64,000 nt of DNA, from positions 8,308 through 72,307 of the forward strand of contig CAJOKD010000012.1 in the NCBI GenBank assembly GCA_905235085.1, given 5' to 3'. Within the stretch, counting starts at the first letter, position 1. The number at the start of each line of letters is the position of its first letter. Made by a program: the position numbers and the translations under genes. The notes under the pieces are model-generated. The model ran no database searches. It had not been told where the DNA came from and worked only from the letters and a program-made list of their open reading frames with translations. Of the stretch, positions 1-9,206 are shown one piece after another. Origin of the DNA: an uncultured Bacteroidales bacterium. Lineage in GTDB: Bacteria > Bacteroidota > Bacteroidia > Bacteroidales > UBA932.

Positions 1-1416
1 TCCGTATTCTTTTACAGCTTGTCCTCCGTTGGAAGTATCGGTAGGATTGACAAGGGATGCAAGTGCGGATATGGCTTTCTGCAGCTGGCTTGGGAGTCCG
101 GCATGGTCTGTTCCAGGCCTGGACAGGACCTCCAGGAAAGCCCTTGCCATAATCAACTGGCTGAAGATCGCTCCCCTGTAAGTATTCACTCCTCCGGTAT
201 ATCCCAGCACGTCATTCTCAACAGCCTTGCCGAGAGAAACCAGGTCTTTTTCGCCGGAATGGTTTATGAATGAACGCCTTATGACATCTATACTCCCTTT
301 CATAAGGGAATAATCCATATCGGTATGTGCTCCGCTCCGGTCGGGGTCCACGAGACCAGGTTTCAACGGAGCGTCGAGTTCCATCAGCATAGAACGCCTG
401 ACCGCTTCGGCCACCAGGTAAGGCCAGGTCCCGGAAGGGACAAGCCGCCAGGGAAGACGACCTTGGTCAAGAGACTTACGCACCCTGGAGGCGCTGATTC
501 CGATAGCTGCGATGTCAGGGGGATCACCGTTGACGTGAGAATTGTGTATATGTGGAGTGCTGAGAGGGTCTTCATCGTCGCAGAGCCTTTCCGTTTCGCA
601 GAAAGTGATTCCATAGGAAGGCAGGATCTCCCTCATCAGCTCGTTGTAGCGGGCCGTGAGAGGATCTGCAGGCTCGCTGCCGGCAAAACGGACGGTAACT
701 CCGAGTGCAGGAGCGATATGCCTTCCGAATAAATCAAGGTCCAGTCTCATCTGAGTCTCGGAAGCATCTGAAAGATCCTTCAGGAAATATGTCGGGAAGG
801 TAGCTGATGAAACCTGGTAAGCGCTTCCTTCAAGCACCTCGGCCAAGCCTTCGCATCCTGAGGCAATCATCTGACGGCGCTCCAGGTATGGGAAACGGGA
901 AACATCTTCCTTGACCGGTATCACGTAAAGGTTGTCAACCTGTCGGGAGGAGTCCCGGACGAGGTACTGATGACCCTTGGTGAACGGATTGGCGTTCATC
1001 ACGATGGCACCGTTCCTGCCGCTCCGCCTGTGCTGTCCGAGATATCCAAGATATGATTCCAAGCCCCTTCCGTTCTCCATCAGTATGGCCTTAGGGGCGG
1101 TTGCTATGGTATGGAATCCCAAACTTTCGAAAACGGACTCGTTCCCGGGTTTCGTGAATACTTTCACGTTGGTGATTCCGCGCTCTGATGCGATGGAGAT
1201 AAGTCTTGAGAAGAGAGGCACGGAAAGACCCAGGCTCCGTGCGGCTGCAGAGACTGCGACGCACTTGATCACATCGCCTTTCAAGCCGCCACCGGCGAGT
1301 ATTTCACCTTCTTGATCCTGGATGGTCAGATATACATCCACATCTTCAAGCCGAAGGTCGCTCTTTCCGAGGAAGTCTTCCACCTTCCGCCGGAAATGAG
1401 CGACGCTCAAAGGCAT
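1..1416 (-). CDS. citC-citG: Fused [citrate (pro-3S)-lyase] ligase (CitC) / triphosphoribosyl-dephospho-CoA synthase (CitG); 3' end runs off the window
   Basis: Absent from the ORF track because no stop codon lies inside the window. Hand translation of the minus strand from ATG 1416..1414 gives 472 open codons down to nt 1. The N-terminal part is CitC-like: MPLSVAHFRRKVEDF...GAIVMNANPFTKGHQYLV...SATFPTYFLKD...ISASRVRKSL. It continues without a stop into CitG/MdcB-type motifs: LKPGLVDPDRSGAHTDMDY...GGVNTYRGAIFS. Confidence 0.8.
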   Translation of the reverse strand, partial: MPLSVAHFRRKVEDFLGKSDLRLEDVDVYLTIQDQEGEILAGGGLKGDVIKCVAVSAAARSLGLSVPLFSRLISIASERGITNVKVFTKPGNESVFESLGFHTIATAPKAILMENGRGLESYLGYLGQHRRSGRNGAIVMNANPFTKGHQYLVRDSSRQVDNLYVIPVKEDVSRFPYLERRQMIASGCEGLAEVLEGSAYQVSSATFPTYFLKDLSDASETQMRLDLDLFGRHIAPALGVTVRFAGSEPADPLTARYNELMREILPSYGITFCETERLCDDEDPLSTPHIHNSHVNGDPPDIAAIGISASRVRKSLDQGRLPWRLVPSGTWPYLVAEAVRRSMLMELDAPLKPGLVDPDRSGAHTDMDYSLMKGSIDVIRRSFINHSGEKDLVSLGKAVENDVLGYTGGVNTYRGAIFSQLIMARAFLEVLSRPGTDHAGLPSQLQKAISALASLVNPTDTSNGGQAVKEYG

Positions 1417-1503
1417 TTCCTGAATGTCGATAATATCAGTCAAACCTCAGCTTCTTTAGACTGCGCGAATGTACGTTTTTATTATGGATTTCCAAAGGTT
1501 TTG

Positions 1504-2019
1504 TTACAAATTAACAGCAAAATACAGAATCTCATCTATTTTTTTCAACAATTCCTCCCTCGAATGGTTACGAGCTCTCATACACTCCCTCGCAGGGAGG
1601 TCGCAGATGAGGCAACGGCGGGGCGGCAAGCCTGCCTCGCTCCGGCTCAAAGGTATAACTCCGTCGGGTCCGAGGCGCAGTACATCCAGGTCCATCAGGC
1701 GTCCCAGAGGGTGCGTGTCCTCGATATTGCAGCAAGCCTCCTTCACAGCATCCATTGCCCCCTCGATTAGGAAATACCCTTCGAAACCGGTCTCCAGGTC
1801 AAGGCATTCTTCCTTTACCGGAGACAGGGCAGCACGTACGGCGTCGACACCGGCATTTGCTACTTTCAAGGAGCGGGAATCCCTCTTGACCGGGCCCGGA
1901 AGGATGACCGTCAGGCATACCAAAGTCAAGGACGGGTGTGCCGTGATCCAGTCTTTCTGGCGTACGGCACGCTCGTCCCTGCTACGGAGGAGTTGTTCCA
2001 ATGTGACTTCCTGCCCCAT
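1504..2019 (-). CDS. citX: Apo-citrate lyase phosphoribosyl-dephospho-CoA transferase (holo-ACP synthase CitX)
   Basis: 171-aa ORF containing GRLMDLDV and a CitX-like length. It sits directly downstream of citF in the cit operon. Confidence 0.85.
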   Translation of the reverse strand: MGQEVTLEQLLRSRDERAVRQKDWITAHPSLTLVCLTVILPGPVKRDSRSLKVANAGVDAVRAALSPVKEECLDLETGFEGYFLIEGAMDAVKEACCNIEDTHPLGRLMDLDVLRLGPDGVIPLSRSEAGLPPRRCLICDLPARECMRARNHSREELLKKIDEILYFAVNL

Positions 2020-2040
2020 TGGGATAAAAAGATCCAGATG

Positions 2041-3462
2041 TTAGTCCTCGATGTTCCTGATCTCGTCCAAGACCTCTCCGTGGCGGTCGACCACGATACC
2101 GACAACCTTGTTCCCGAACGGAAGCGGATCAGGTTCGCCGATAATGCTCTTTGCCTTGGCTGCCAGATCGTTGATGTCAACTATCTTAAGCCCTGCTTCA
2201 GCAAGCCTCTCAGCGATTTCCGGACGGGCAGGATTGACTGCGATACCATATTCGGTGACCACGACATCCACGCTCTTGCCAGGAGTGATGAGGGTTGTGA
2301 CCTTCGGCACGACGCAAGGTATGCGCCCGCGGAGGAGAGGGCAAACGATGATCGAGAGCGAGCTGTCTTCGGCAGTGTCCGGATGGCCACCTACCGCTCC
2401 GCGGATGATACCGTCGGAACCGACGAGTACGTTCACGTTGAAGTTTACATCCACCTCGAGGGCGGAGAGGATGACGATATCGAGCGCGTGGACTGCAGAG
2501 CCAGTATGCTCCGCGCTGGCATATTCAACAGAAGAGACTTCCTGGTGGGTCTGGTCGGAGGCTATCGATTCGGCGGCCACCTTGTCGAAGGACTGGACAT
2601 CGATGAGCTTGCCGATGAGGCCCTCCTGATGGAGCTTCACCATATGCGCGGTGATACCGCCGAGCGCGAAGGATGCCTTGATGCCCTTCTCGACCATACT
2701 CTCACGGATATATTTCACTGCCGCGAGAGAAGCTCCGCCGGTACCTGTCTGGATGCTGAATCCATCCTTGAAGTAACCGGAGTTAATTATCACTTTTGCA
2801 GCCTGTTTTGCAAGCAGGATATCGCGAGGATTCTTGGAGTCCCTGATAGCTCCTGAAGAAATCTTGGAGCTGTCTCCTACGGAGTCTACTACCACCACCG
2901 ATTCGACGTCGCTGGCGGAGATGGACTTCGGGACATTCGGGTATGCTACCAGGTCGTCTGTGATAACGACCACGTGGTCGGCATAGCGGGCATCCGGAAG
3001 GGCGTATCCGAGGGAACCGCAGATGGATTTCGCATTCTCGGAGCGAGGGCATCCGGAAGCGTTGCCGAGTTCGTCGCAGGAAGAAGCGCCGAGGAACGCC
3101 ACGTCGATATGAAGTTCACCTGAAGCTATGGCGCTTCCGCGACCGCCGTGGGAACGGAATATGACCGACTCCTTCATCAGGCCGTGAGAAATCTCATTGG
3201 CGAGCTCCCCGCGGAGACCGGAAGTTGAAATCTTGGTGATGACTCCGTTCTTGATGTGCTCGATAAGCGGGGAATGGACATCCGAGAGGCTGGAAGCTGC
3301 AAGATGCAGGTTCTTGTAACCCATACGGGCAAGCTGGTCGACTACAAGGTTCACAACCTTGTCTCCACCACGGAAATGATGGTGGAAGGATATGGTCATT
3401 CCGTCTTTGAGACCGGACTTCCTGATTGCCTCCTCGAGGGAGACTACTTTGCTGTTTCTCAT
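2041..3462 (-). CDS. citF: Citrate lyase alpha subunit (citrate CoA-transferase)
   Basis: 473-aa ORF with the CitF-type motif SFHHHFRGGD. It overlaps the citE stop by 4 nt. Confidence 0.9.
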   Translation of the reverse strand: MRNSKVVSLEEAIRKSGLKDGMTISFHHHFRGGDKVVNLVVDQLARMGYKNLHLAASSLSDVHSPLIEHIKNGVITKISTSGLRGELANEISHGLMKESVIFRSHGGRGSAIASGELHIDVAFLGASSCDELGNASGCPRSENAKSICGSLGYALPDARYADHVVVITDDLVAYPNVPKSISASDVESVVVVDSVGDSSKISSGAIRDSKNPRDILLAKQAAKVIINSGYFKDGFSIQTGTGGASLAAVKYIRESMVEKGIKASFALGGITAHMVKLHQEGLIGKLIDVQSFDKVAAESIASDQTHQEVSSVEYASAEHTGSAVHALDIVILSALEVDVNFNVNVLVGSDGIIRGAVGGHPDTAEDSSLSIIVCPLLRGRIPCVVPKVTTLITPGKSVDVVVTEYGIAVNPARPEIAERLAEAGLKIVDINDLAAKAKSIIGEPDPLPFGNKVVGIVVDRHGEVLDEIRNIED

Positions 3463-4349
3463 AATGCTTCCTCCTTGTCTAAGATACCGGATGCTATTGC
3501 AAGTGCCACGGTGCGCTCGGCACGGATGACTACCGGACGGTCAACCATCTTGCCGTTGACGGCGATGACTCCAGAACCCTTCGCCTGTGCCTCCTTGATG
3601 GCGGCGATGATGCGCAGGGCCTTGTCGATGTCCTTCTGCGAAGGTGCGAACACCTCGTTCACCACCTCGATCTGGCGAGGATTGATGATGGACTTGCCAT
3701 CGAAGCCAAGGGTCTTGATGAGTTCGACTTCCTTGCGGAAAGTCTCCATATCGTCGAGGTTGGAATATACTGTGTCGAAGCAAGCTATGCCGGCGGCACG
3801 GGCAGCTACGACTATGGTCTCACGTGCGAGAAGAAGTTCTGCTCCGCCAGGGGTGCGCTGCGTCTTCAGGTTGGCCGAATAGTCTTCGGCGCCGAGGGCG
3901 ATACCCATCATCCTGTCGGATGCACTTGCGATTTCAAACGCATTCACGATACCGAGGGCGCTTTCGATCGCAGCCATTATCCTGGTCCTGCCTACGCAAC
4001 CGAGCTCGGTCTCGACCTTGATGATCTCAGCCTCGAGCTCGCGGACTTCGTCGGCAGTCTCTGTCTTCGGCATACGGATTACATCAACCCCGGCCTTAAC
4101 CACGGCTTCGACGTCCTTCTTGCCGTAAGGAGTACTGAGAGGATTGATCCTGACCACCATTTCGGTATCGCCGAAATCGATGGATTTGAGAGCGTTGTAG
4201 ACAAGGAGCCTGGCGGCATCCTTCTCTGCCATTGTCACGGAATCTTCAAGGTCCAGCATTATGGAATCCGGGCCGTAGATGTGGGCGTCAGCCATCATTC
4301 CGGGATTGTTGCCCGGGACGAACATCATCGTTCTTCTCAGTCTTTCCAT
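3459..4349 (-). CDS. citE: Citrate lyase beta subunit (citryl-CoA lyase)
   Basis: 296-aa ORF with the HpcH/CitE pattern MMFVPGNNPGM...DSIMLDLEDSV. It overlaps citD. Confidence 0.92.
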   Translation of the reverse strand: MERLRRTMMFVPGNNPGMMADAHIYGPDSIMLDLEDSVTMAEKDAARLLVYNALKSIDFGDTEMVVRINPLSTPYGKKDVEAVVKAGVDVIRMPKTETADEVRELEAEIIKVETELGCVGRTRIMAAIESALGIVNAFEIASASDRMMGIALGAEDYSANLKTQRTPGGAELLLARETIVVAARAAGIACFDTVYSNLDDMETFRKEVELIKTLGFDGKSIINPRQIEVVNEVFAPSQKDIDKALRIIAAIKEAQAKGSGVIAVNGKMVDRPVVIRAERTVALAIASGILDKEEAL

Positions 4350-4612
4350 ACGTCTTTCCCTGTTGCGCGGACAACTGCCGCAGTTACACGTGCACGGATG
4401 GTGCAGTCAAGCGCACCCTTGTCCGTAGCCTTGATACTGGCGTTTTCAACGCCCAGGCCCTTCAGGGTCTCGGTGATCACCGCCTTGATCTGACGGCCGA
4501 ACTGGGCCGAAACAGAACTCTGCAGGTCAACCTGCAAACCATCGCCCGGTTCAACCTGGATGAGGATATCACCAGATTCAAGGGTTCCGGCCATTGCATT
4601 CTTGATTTCCAT
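4337..4612 (-). CDS. citD: Citrate lyase acyl carrier protein (gamma subunit)
   Basis: 91-aa ORF with AGTLESGDILIQV, the prosthetic-group serine context of CitD. It is the first gene of the cit operon. Confidence 0.9.
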   Translation of the reverse strand: MEIKNAMAGTLESGDILIQVEPGDGLQVDLQSSVSAQFGRQIKAVITETLKGLGVENASIKATDKGALDCTIRARVTAAVVRATGKDVWKD

Positions 4613-4775
4613 ATTTGAGTGTTATTATGGTTTTTCTTTTTGGTCCTGCGAAATTAGTCATTTACCCGGCATTTTCAAATTATTTCTACGATTTCGTAGC
4701 CTTACGCACCAAATCACTTACAATTATTGACTAATTTGAAGAATTCCCTAATTATTATTTGTTATTCGAAAAATA

Positions 4776-6728
4776 ATGCCTACCTTTTCAAGTCCAAATC
4801 ATTTATGTCATTTTTATATTATGAGAACACTTACCGTCGATGACTTGGCGGCCATCAAGAAAAGAGCGGAGAAAGTTCTGGAACTCAGGGAGAAGAGCAA
4901 CGCGCTCGTCACTGAGGAAAGCTGCGGCCTTGAAAAAGGCACCGGACATCTGCAGATCCTTTGCTGCGGCGGAACCGGTTGCAAGGCTTCAGAAAGCGCT
5001 CTGATTGTCGAGAACCTCAAGGCATCCCTCGAAAACCACGGCATCAGCGACAAAGTCGATGTCATCACAACAGGTTGCTTCGGTTTCTGCGAAAAAGGCC
5101 CTATCGTCAAAATCATTCCTGACAACACCTTCTATACCCAGGTTAAACCATCGGACGCTGAAGAAATAGTATCCGAGCACATCCTTGGCGGACGCAAGGT
5201 CGAGAGGCTCCTTTACGTAGATCCTGAGACCCAGAAGCACATCAGCGATTCCAAGCATATGAATTTCTACGGAAAGCAGGTCAGGATCGCGCTGAGGAAC
5301 TGTGGTTTCATCGATCCGGAGAACATCGAAGAGTACATCGCCAGGGACGGTTACTCCGCCCTCGCCGACTCCCTCTTCCACAGGACTCCCGAGGAGGTTA
5401 TCGAAATGGTCAAGGCTTCAGGTCTCCGCGGACGCGGAGGTGCAGGCTTCCCTACCGGCAAGAAATGGGAGTTCAGCCGCGCTTACCAGGACGATGCGAA
5501 GTATGTGGTCTGCAACGCAGATGAAGGTGACCCGGGTGCTTTTATGGACCGTTCCATAATGGAAGGCGACCCGCACTCCATCCTGGAGGCTATGACCATC
5601 TGCGGCTACTGCATCGGTTCTCACAACGGACTTATATATATAAGAGCTGAATATCCGCTTGCAGTCCACAGGCTGCAGGTAGCCCTCGAGCAGGCAAAGG
5701 AATATGGGTTCCTGGGCAAGGACATCCTCGGTTCCGGATTCGACTTCGACATCGAGATCCGCTACGGCGCCGGCGCTTTCGTCTGCGGTGAGGAGACAGC
5801 CCTCATCCACTCTATGGAAGGAAAACGCGGCGAGCCTACTTTGAAGCCGCCGTTCCCTGCAGAATCCGGCTACCTCGGAAAACCTACCAACGTCAACAAC
5901 GTCGAGACGCTGGCCAATATTCCGATCATCCTCACCAAGGGACCGGAATGGTTCTCTTCCATAGGAACCGAGAAATCCAAGGGTACCAAGGTATTCGCCC
6001 TGGCCGGAAAGATCAACAACGTAGGACTCATCGAGGTACCGATGGGAACCACGCTCAGGGAAATCATCTACGACATCGGTGGCGGTGTCAAGAACGGCAA
6101 GAAATTCAAGGCTGTCCAGACGGGCGGACCTTCCGGCGGCTGCCTTACTGAGAAGCACCTGGATATTCCTATCGACTACGAGAGCCTTACGGCTGCAGGT
6201 TCGATGATGGGTTCCGGAGGGATGATCGTGATGGATGAAGACGACTGTATGGTAGCCATCGCAAAGTTCTACCTGGAGTTCATCGTCGGAGAATCCTGCG
6301 GAAAGTGCACCCCTTGCCGCATCGGCAACAAGAGGATGCTCGAGATCCTTACCAGGATAACGGAAGGAAAGGGCGAGATGAAGGACCTGACTATGCTCAA
6401 GAGCCTGGCCGAGGTGATCAAGGACACCGCTCTCTGCGGACTTGGACAAACCTCCCCGAACCCTGTCCTCTCGACGATGAACAATTTCTACGAGGAATAC
6501 GAAGAGCACGTCAAAAAGCACAAATGCCGCGCGAAGAAGTGCAAGGCCTTGCTTACATACACCATCAATCCAGAGAAGTGCCGCGGTTGCGGAATATGCG
6601 CCAAGGACTGCCCTGCGAATGCCATTATGGGAGACGTACGCAAGCCTCACGTCATCAATCCATACCTTTGCATCCGCTGCGGAATGTGTATGTCCCGCTG
6701 CCACTTCGGTGCCATTTCTGTAATCTAA
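4776..6728 (+). CDS. hydB: [FeFe] hydrogenase NuoF-like flavoprotein subunit (HydB of HydABC-type complex)
   Basis: The N-terminus has a thioredoxin-like 2Fe-2S Cys pattern (CCGGTGC...CFGFC). The NuoF core carries GLRGRGGAGFPTGKKWEF and ESCGKCTPCRIG. The C-terminus has two ferredoxin motifs (CRGCGICAKDCP, CIRCGMCMSRC). The start is uncertain: ATG at 4776, 4806 or 4821 (MRTLTV). Confidence 0.9.
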   Translation: MPTFSSPNHLCHFYIMRTLTVDDLAAIKKRAEKVLELREKSNALVTEESCGLEKGTGHLQILCCGGTGCKASESALIVENLKASLENHGISDKVDVITTGCFGFCEKGPIVKIIPDNTFYTQVKPSDAEEIVSEHILGGRKVERLLYVDPETQKHISDSKHMNFYGKQVRIALRNCGFIDPENIEEYIARDGYSALADSLFHRTPEEVIEMVKASGLRGRGGAGFPTGKKWEFSRAYQDDAKYVVCNADEGDPGAFMDRSIMEGDPHSILEAMTICGYCIGSHNGLIYIRAEYPLAVHRLQVALEQAKEYGFLGKDILGSGFDFDIEIRYGAGAFVCGEETALIHSMEGKRGEPTLKPPFPAESGYLGKPTNVNNVETLANIPIILTKGPEWFSSIGTEKSKGTKVFALAGKINNVGLIEVPMGTTLREIIYDIGGGVKNGKKFKAVQTGGPSGGCLTEKHLDIPIDYESLTAAGSMMGSGGMIVMDEDDCMVAIAKFYLEFIVGESCGKCTPCRIGNKRMLEILTRITEGKGEMKDLTMLKSLAEVIKDTALCGLGQTSPNPVLSTMNNFYEEYEEHVKKHKCRAKKCKALLTYTINPEKCRGCGICAKDCPANAIMGDVRKPHVINPYLCIRCGMCMSRCHFGAISVI

Positions 6729-6741
6729 AAGCTGCCTGACA

Positions 6742-8502
6742 ATGGAAAATATCAATCTAACCATAGACAACCGCCAGGTCTCTGTTCCTAAGGGGACTAT
6801 GATCCTGGAAGCGGCCGCATCCATCGGAATCAATATACCTACCCTTTGCCATATGGACCTTAAGGGGACGTGCGTCAAGAACCGTCCTGCTTCCTGCAGA
6901 CTCTGCGTGGTCGAGGTCCAGGGCCGCCGTAACCTCGCACCTGCCTGCGCTACCAAGTGTATGCCCGATATGGTCGTGAGGACCAATTCAATGAGGGTCA
7001 TCAAAGCCCGCAAGACCATTGCCGAGCTGATCCTTTCCGACCATCCGAACGATTGCCTCACCTGCCCGAAGTGCGGTGAATGCGAGCTCCAGGCCCTTGT
7101 GACCAGGCTCAATATCACGGAGATGCCATTCAGCGGAGGAGAGCTTTCACGGAGGAAGAAGGAGCTCACTCCTTCAATAATGAGGAATATGGACAAGTGC
7201 ATATTCTGCCGCAGGTGCGAAAGCGTATGCAACAACGTCCAGACAGTAGGTGCACTCGGAGCAGTACGTCGCGGATTCAACACGACCATCGCCCCTACCT
7301 TCGACAAGATGGTAAAGGATACGAACTGTACCTATTGCGGACAGTGCGTAGCGGTCTGCCCTACCGGTGCCCTTACCGAGCACGACGACACCGACCGTCT
7401 GATGGACGATCTCTGCAATCCTGACAAGGTCGTCATAGCCCAGCCGGCTCCTGCCGTAAGGGCAGCCCTCGGTGAAGAATTCGGAATGGCTCCCGGCACT
7501 CTCGTGACCGGCAAGCTCGCTTCCGCCCTGAGACAGCTCGGTTTCGATTACGTATTCGACACTGATTTCGCCGCCGACCTCACAATTATGGAGGAAGGTT
7601 CGGAAATACTCGAAAGACTCAAGAAGTTCCTGGCCGGAGACAAGTCCGTGAAGCTGCCTATAATGACTTCCTGCTGCCCTGCCTGGGTCAACTTCTACGA
7701 GCACGAATTCCCTGATCTCCTGGAATATCCATCATCAGCCCGTTCGCCTCAGCAGATGTTCGGTGCGATAGCCAAGAGCTACTGGGCCGAGAAGATGGGA
7801 ATACCTCGCGAGAAACTCGTGGTAGTCTCCATAATGCCTTGCCTCGCAAAGAAATACGAGGTTACGCGTGAGGAACTCAAGCACGAGAAATTCCAGGATG
7901 TGGACTACTCGATTTCCACCCGCGAGCTGGCAAGGATCATCAAGAGGGCGAACATCGGTTTCGAGAATCTCCCTGACAGCGACTTCGACTCCCCTATGGG
8001 TGAATCCACCGGAGCAGGCGTCATATTCGGAACCACCGGAGGTGTCCTCGAGGCCGCCCTGCGTACCGTCTATGAAGTATATACCGGAGAGACTCTTCCG
8101 AAGATTGACTTCACGGAGGTCCGCGGTCTGGAAGGCATCAGGGAAGCTACCATCGACATCAAGGGATTCCCTCTCAAGGTCTGCATCGCCCACACGCTGG
8201 GCAATGCTCGCAAGGTTATGGAGAAGCTGCGTGAAGGCAAGCTCGACTACCACGTCGTGGAAGTGATGGCTTGTCCAGGCGGTTGCATCGGAGGAGGCGG
8301 ACAGCCTTACCACCACGGAAGGATCGAGGTCCTTCAGGCCCGGCAGAAAGCCCTGTACACGGAAGATGCCTGCAAGCCTATCCGTAAGAGCCACGAGAAT
8401 CCTGACATTGCGGCACTGTACAAGGAGTTCCTGGGAGCACCTCTCAGCGAGAGGTCCGAAGAACTGCTCCACACTCACTATACTGACAAATCGATCAAAT
8501 AA
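6742..8502 (+). CDS. hydA: [FeFe] hydrogenase catalytic subunit
   Basis: The three H-cluster motifs are present: TSCCPAW, MPCLAKKYE and EVMACPGGCIGGGGQP. The N-terminus has 2Fe-2S and 4Fe-4S Cys clusters. Confidence 0.95.
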   Translation: MENINLTIDNRQVSVPKGTMILEAAASIGINIPTLCHMDLKGTCVKNRPASCRLCVVEVQGRRNLAPACATKCMPDMVVRTNSMRVIKARKTIAELILSDHPNDCLTCPKCGECELQALVTRLNITEMPFSGGELSRRKKELTPSIMRNMDKCIFCRRCESVCNNVQTVGALGAVRRGFNTTIAPTFDKMVKDTNCTYCGQCVAVCPTGALTEHDDTDRLMDDLCNPDKVVIAQPAPAVRAALGEEFGMAPGTLVTGKLASALRQLGFDYVFDTDFAADLTIMEEGSEILERLKKFLAGDKSVKLPIMTSCCPAWVNFYEHEFPDLLEYPSSARSPQQMFGAIAKSYWAEKMGIPREKLVVVSIMPCLAKKYEVTREELKHEKFQDVDYSISTRELARIIKRANIGFENLPDSDFDSPMGESTGAGVIFGTTGGVLEAALRTVYEVYTGETLPKIDFTEVRGLEGIREATIDIKGFPLKVCIAHTLGNARKVMEKLREGKLDYHVVEVMACPGGCIGGGGQPYHHGRIEVLQARQKALYTEDACKPIRKSHENPDIAALYKEFLGAPLSERSEELLHTHYTDKSIK

Positions 8503-8523
8503 ACCCGGTAAACATCTTTTGAT

Positions 8524-9003
8524 ATGGCAGAAATAAAACTAGCCTGCGAGGTAATAAAGCAAGTTGAAGACATTTGCGAGAAGCACGGAAACAAACCGGG
8601 CGAACTGATCAACATACTCCACGAGTGCCAGGGTCTGCACGGCTACCTTCCTGAGGCGATGCAGAGAGTAATCGCCAGGAAGCTCAGCATCCCAGCCGCC
8701 CAGGTCTACGGCGTGGTGACTTTCTATTCATTCTTCACGATGACCCCGAAGGGACGCCATCCTATCTCCGTCTGCCTCGGCACCGCTTGCTATGTGCGTG
8801 GTTCCGAGAAGCTTCTGGAGGAGATCAAGAGGGTCCTCGGCATCGATGTCGGCGAGACTACTCCTGACGGGAAGTTCTCCCTTGACTGCCTGCGCTGCGT
8901 AGGTGCTTGCGGCCTTGCTCCGGTGATGATGATCGGAGAGAAAGTCTATGGCCGTATGGAGCCTCAGGACATCCGCAAGGTGCTCGAAGAATTCGCTGAC
9001 TGA
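8524..9003 (+). CDS. hydC: [FeFe] hydrogenase NuoE-like 2Fe-2S subunit
   Basis: 159 aa with the NuoE pattern CLGTACYVRGS...CLRCVGACGLAP. It directly follows hydA. Confidence 0.9.
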   Translation: MAEIKLACEVIKQVEDICEKHGNKPGELINILHECQGLHGYLPEAMQRVIARKLSIPAAQVYGVVTFYSFFTMTPKGRHPISVCLGTACYVRGSEKLLEEIKRVLGIDVGETTPDGKFSLDCLRCVGACGLAPVMMIGEKVYGRMEPQDIRKVLEEFAD

Positions 9004-9029
9004 TCCGCTCTGGCGGAACGACAACCAAC

Positions 9030-9055
9030 GAAGGCCGGCTTACCTGCCGGCCTTC
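9030..9055 (+). terminator. Hairpin terminator candidate after hydC
   Basis: GAAGGCCGGC-ttacct-GCCGGCCTTC forms a perfect 10-bp GC-rich stem, followed by attatt. It lies in the convergent gap between hydC and hydF. Confidence 0.5.
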
Positions 9056-9206
9056 ATTATTCTCAGGAAGATTCCTTCTCACTCCTCCGCGAGGACGACA
9101 GGTCTGCGGGCTGACGTCGGTGAAGGGCGGTGCTTTCCGCTGTTCCTTCGCCTCCTATTCGCCCGTAGACCTATCGCCCTCGCAGTGGTATGGATATGCA
9201 AATAAT

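Noticed and set aside
5418-7307. 629-aa ORF antisense to hydB and hydA that crosses their intergenic gap.
   Set aside because: The sense strand carries unmistakable NuoF and H-cluster motifs. The antisense translation is Arg/Ser/Leu/Val-rich with no motif I recognise. Long stop-free antisense frames are expected at this GC content and codon usage.
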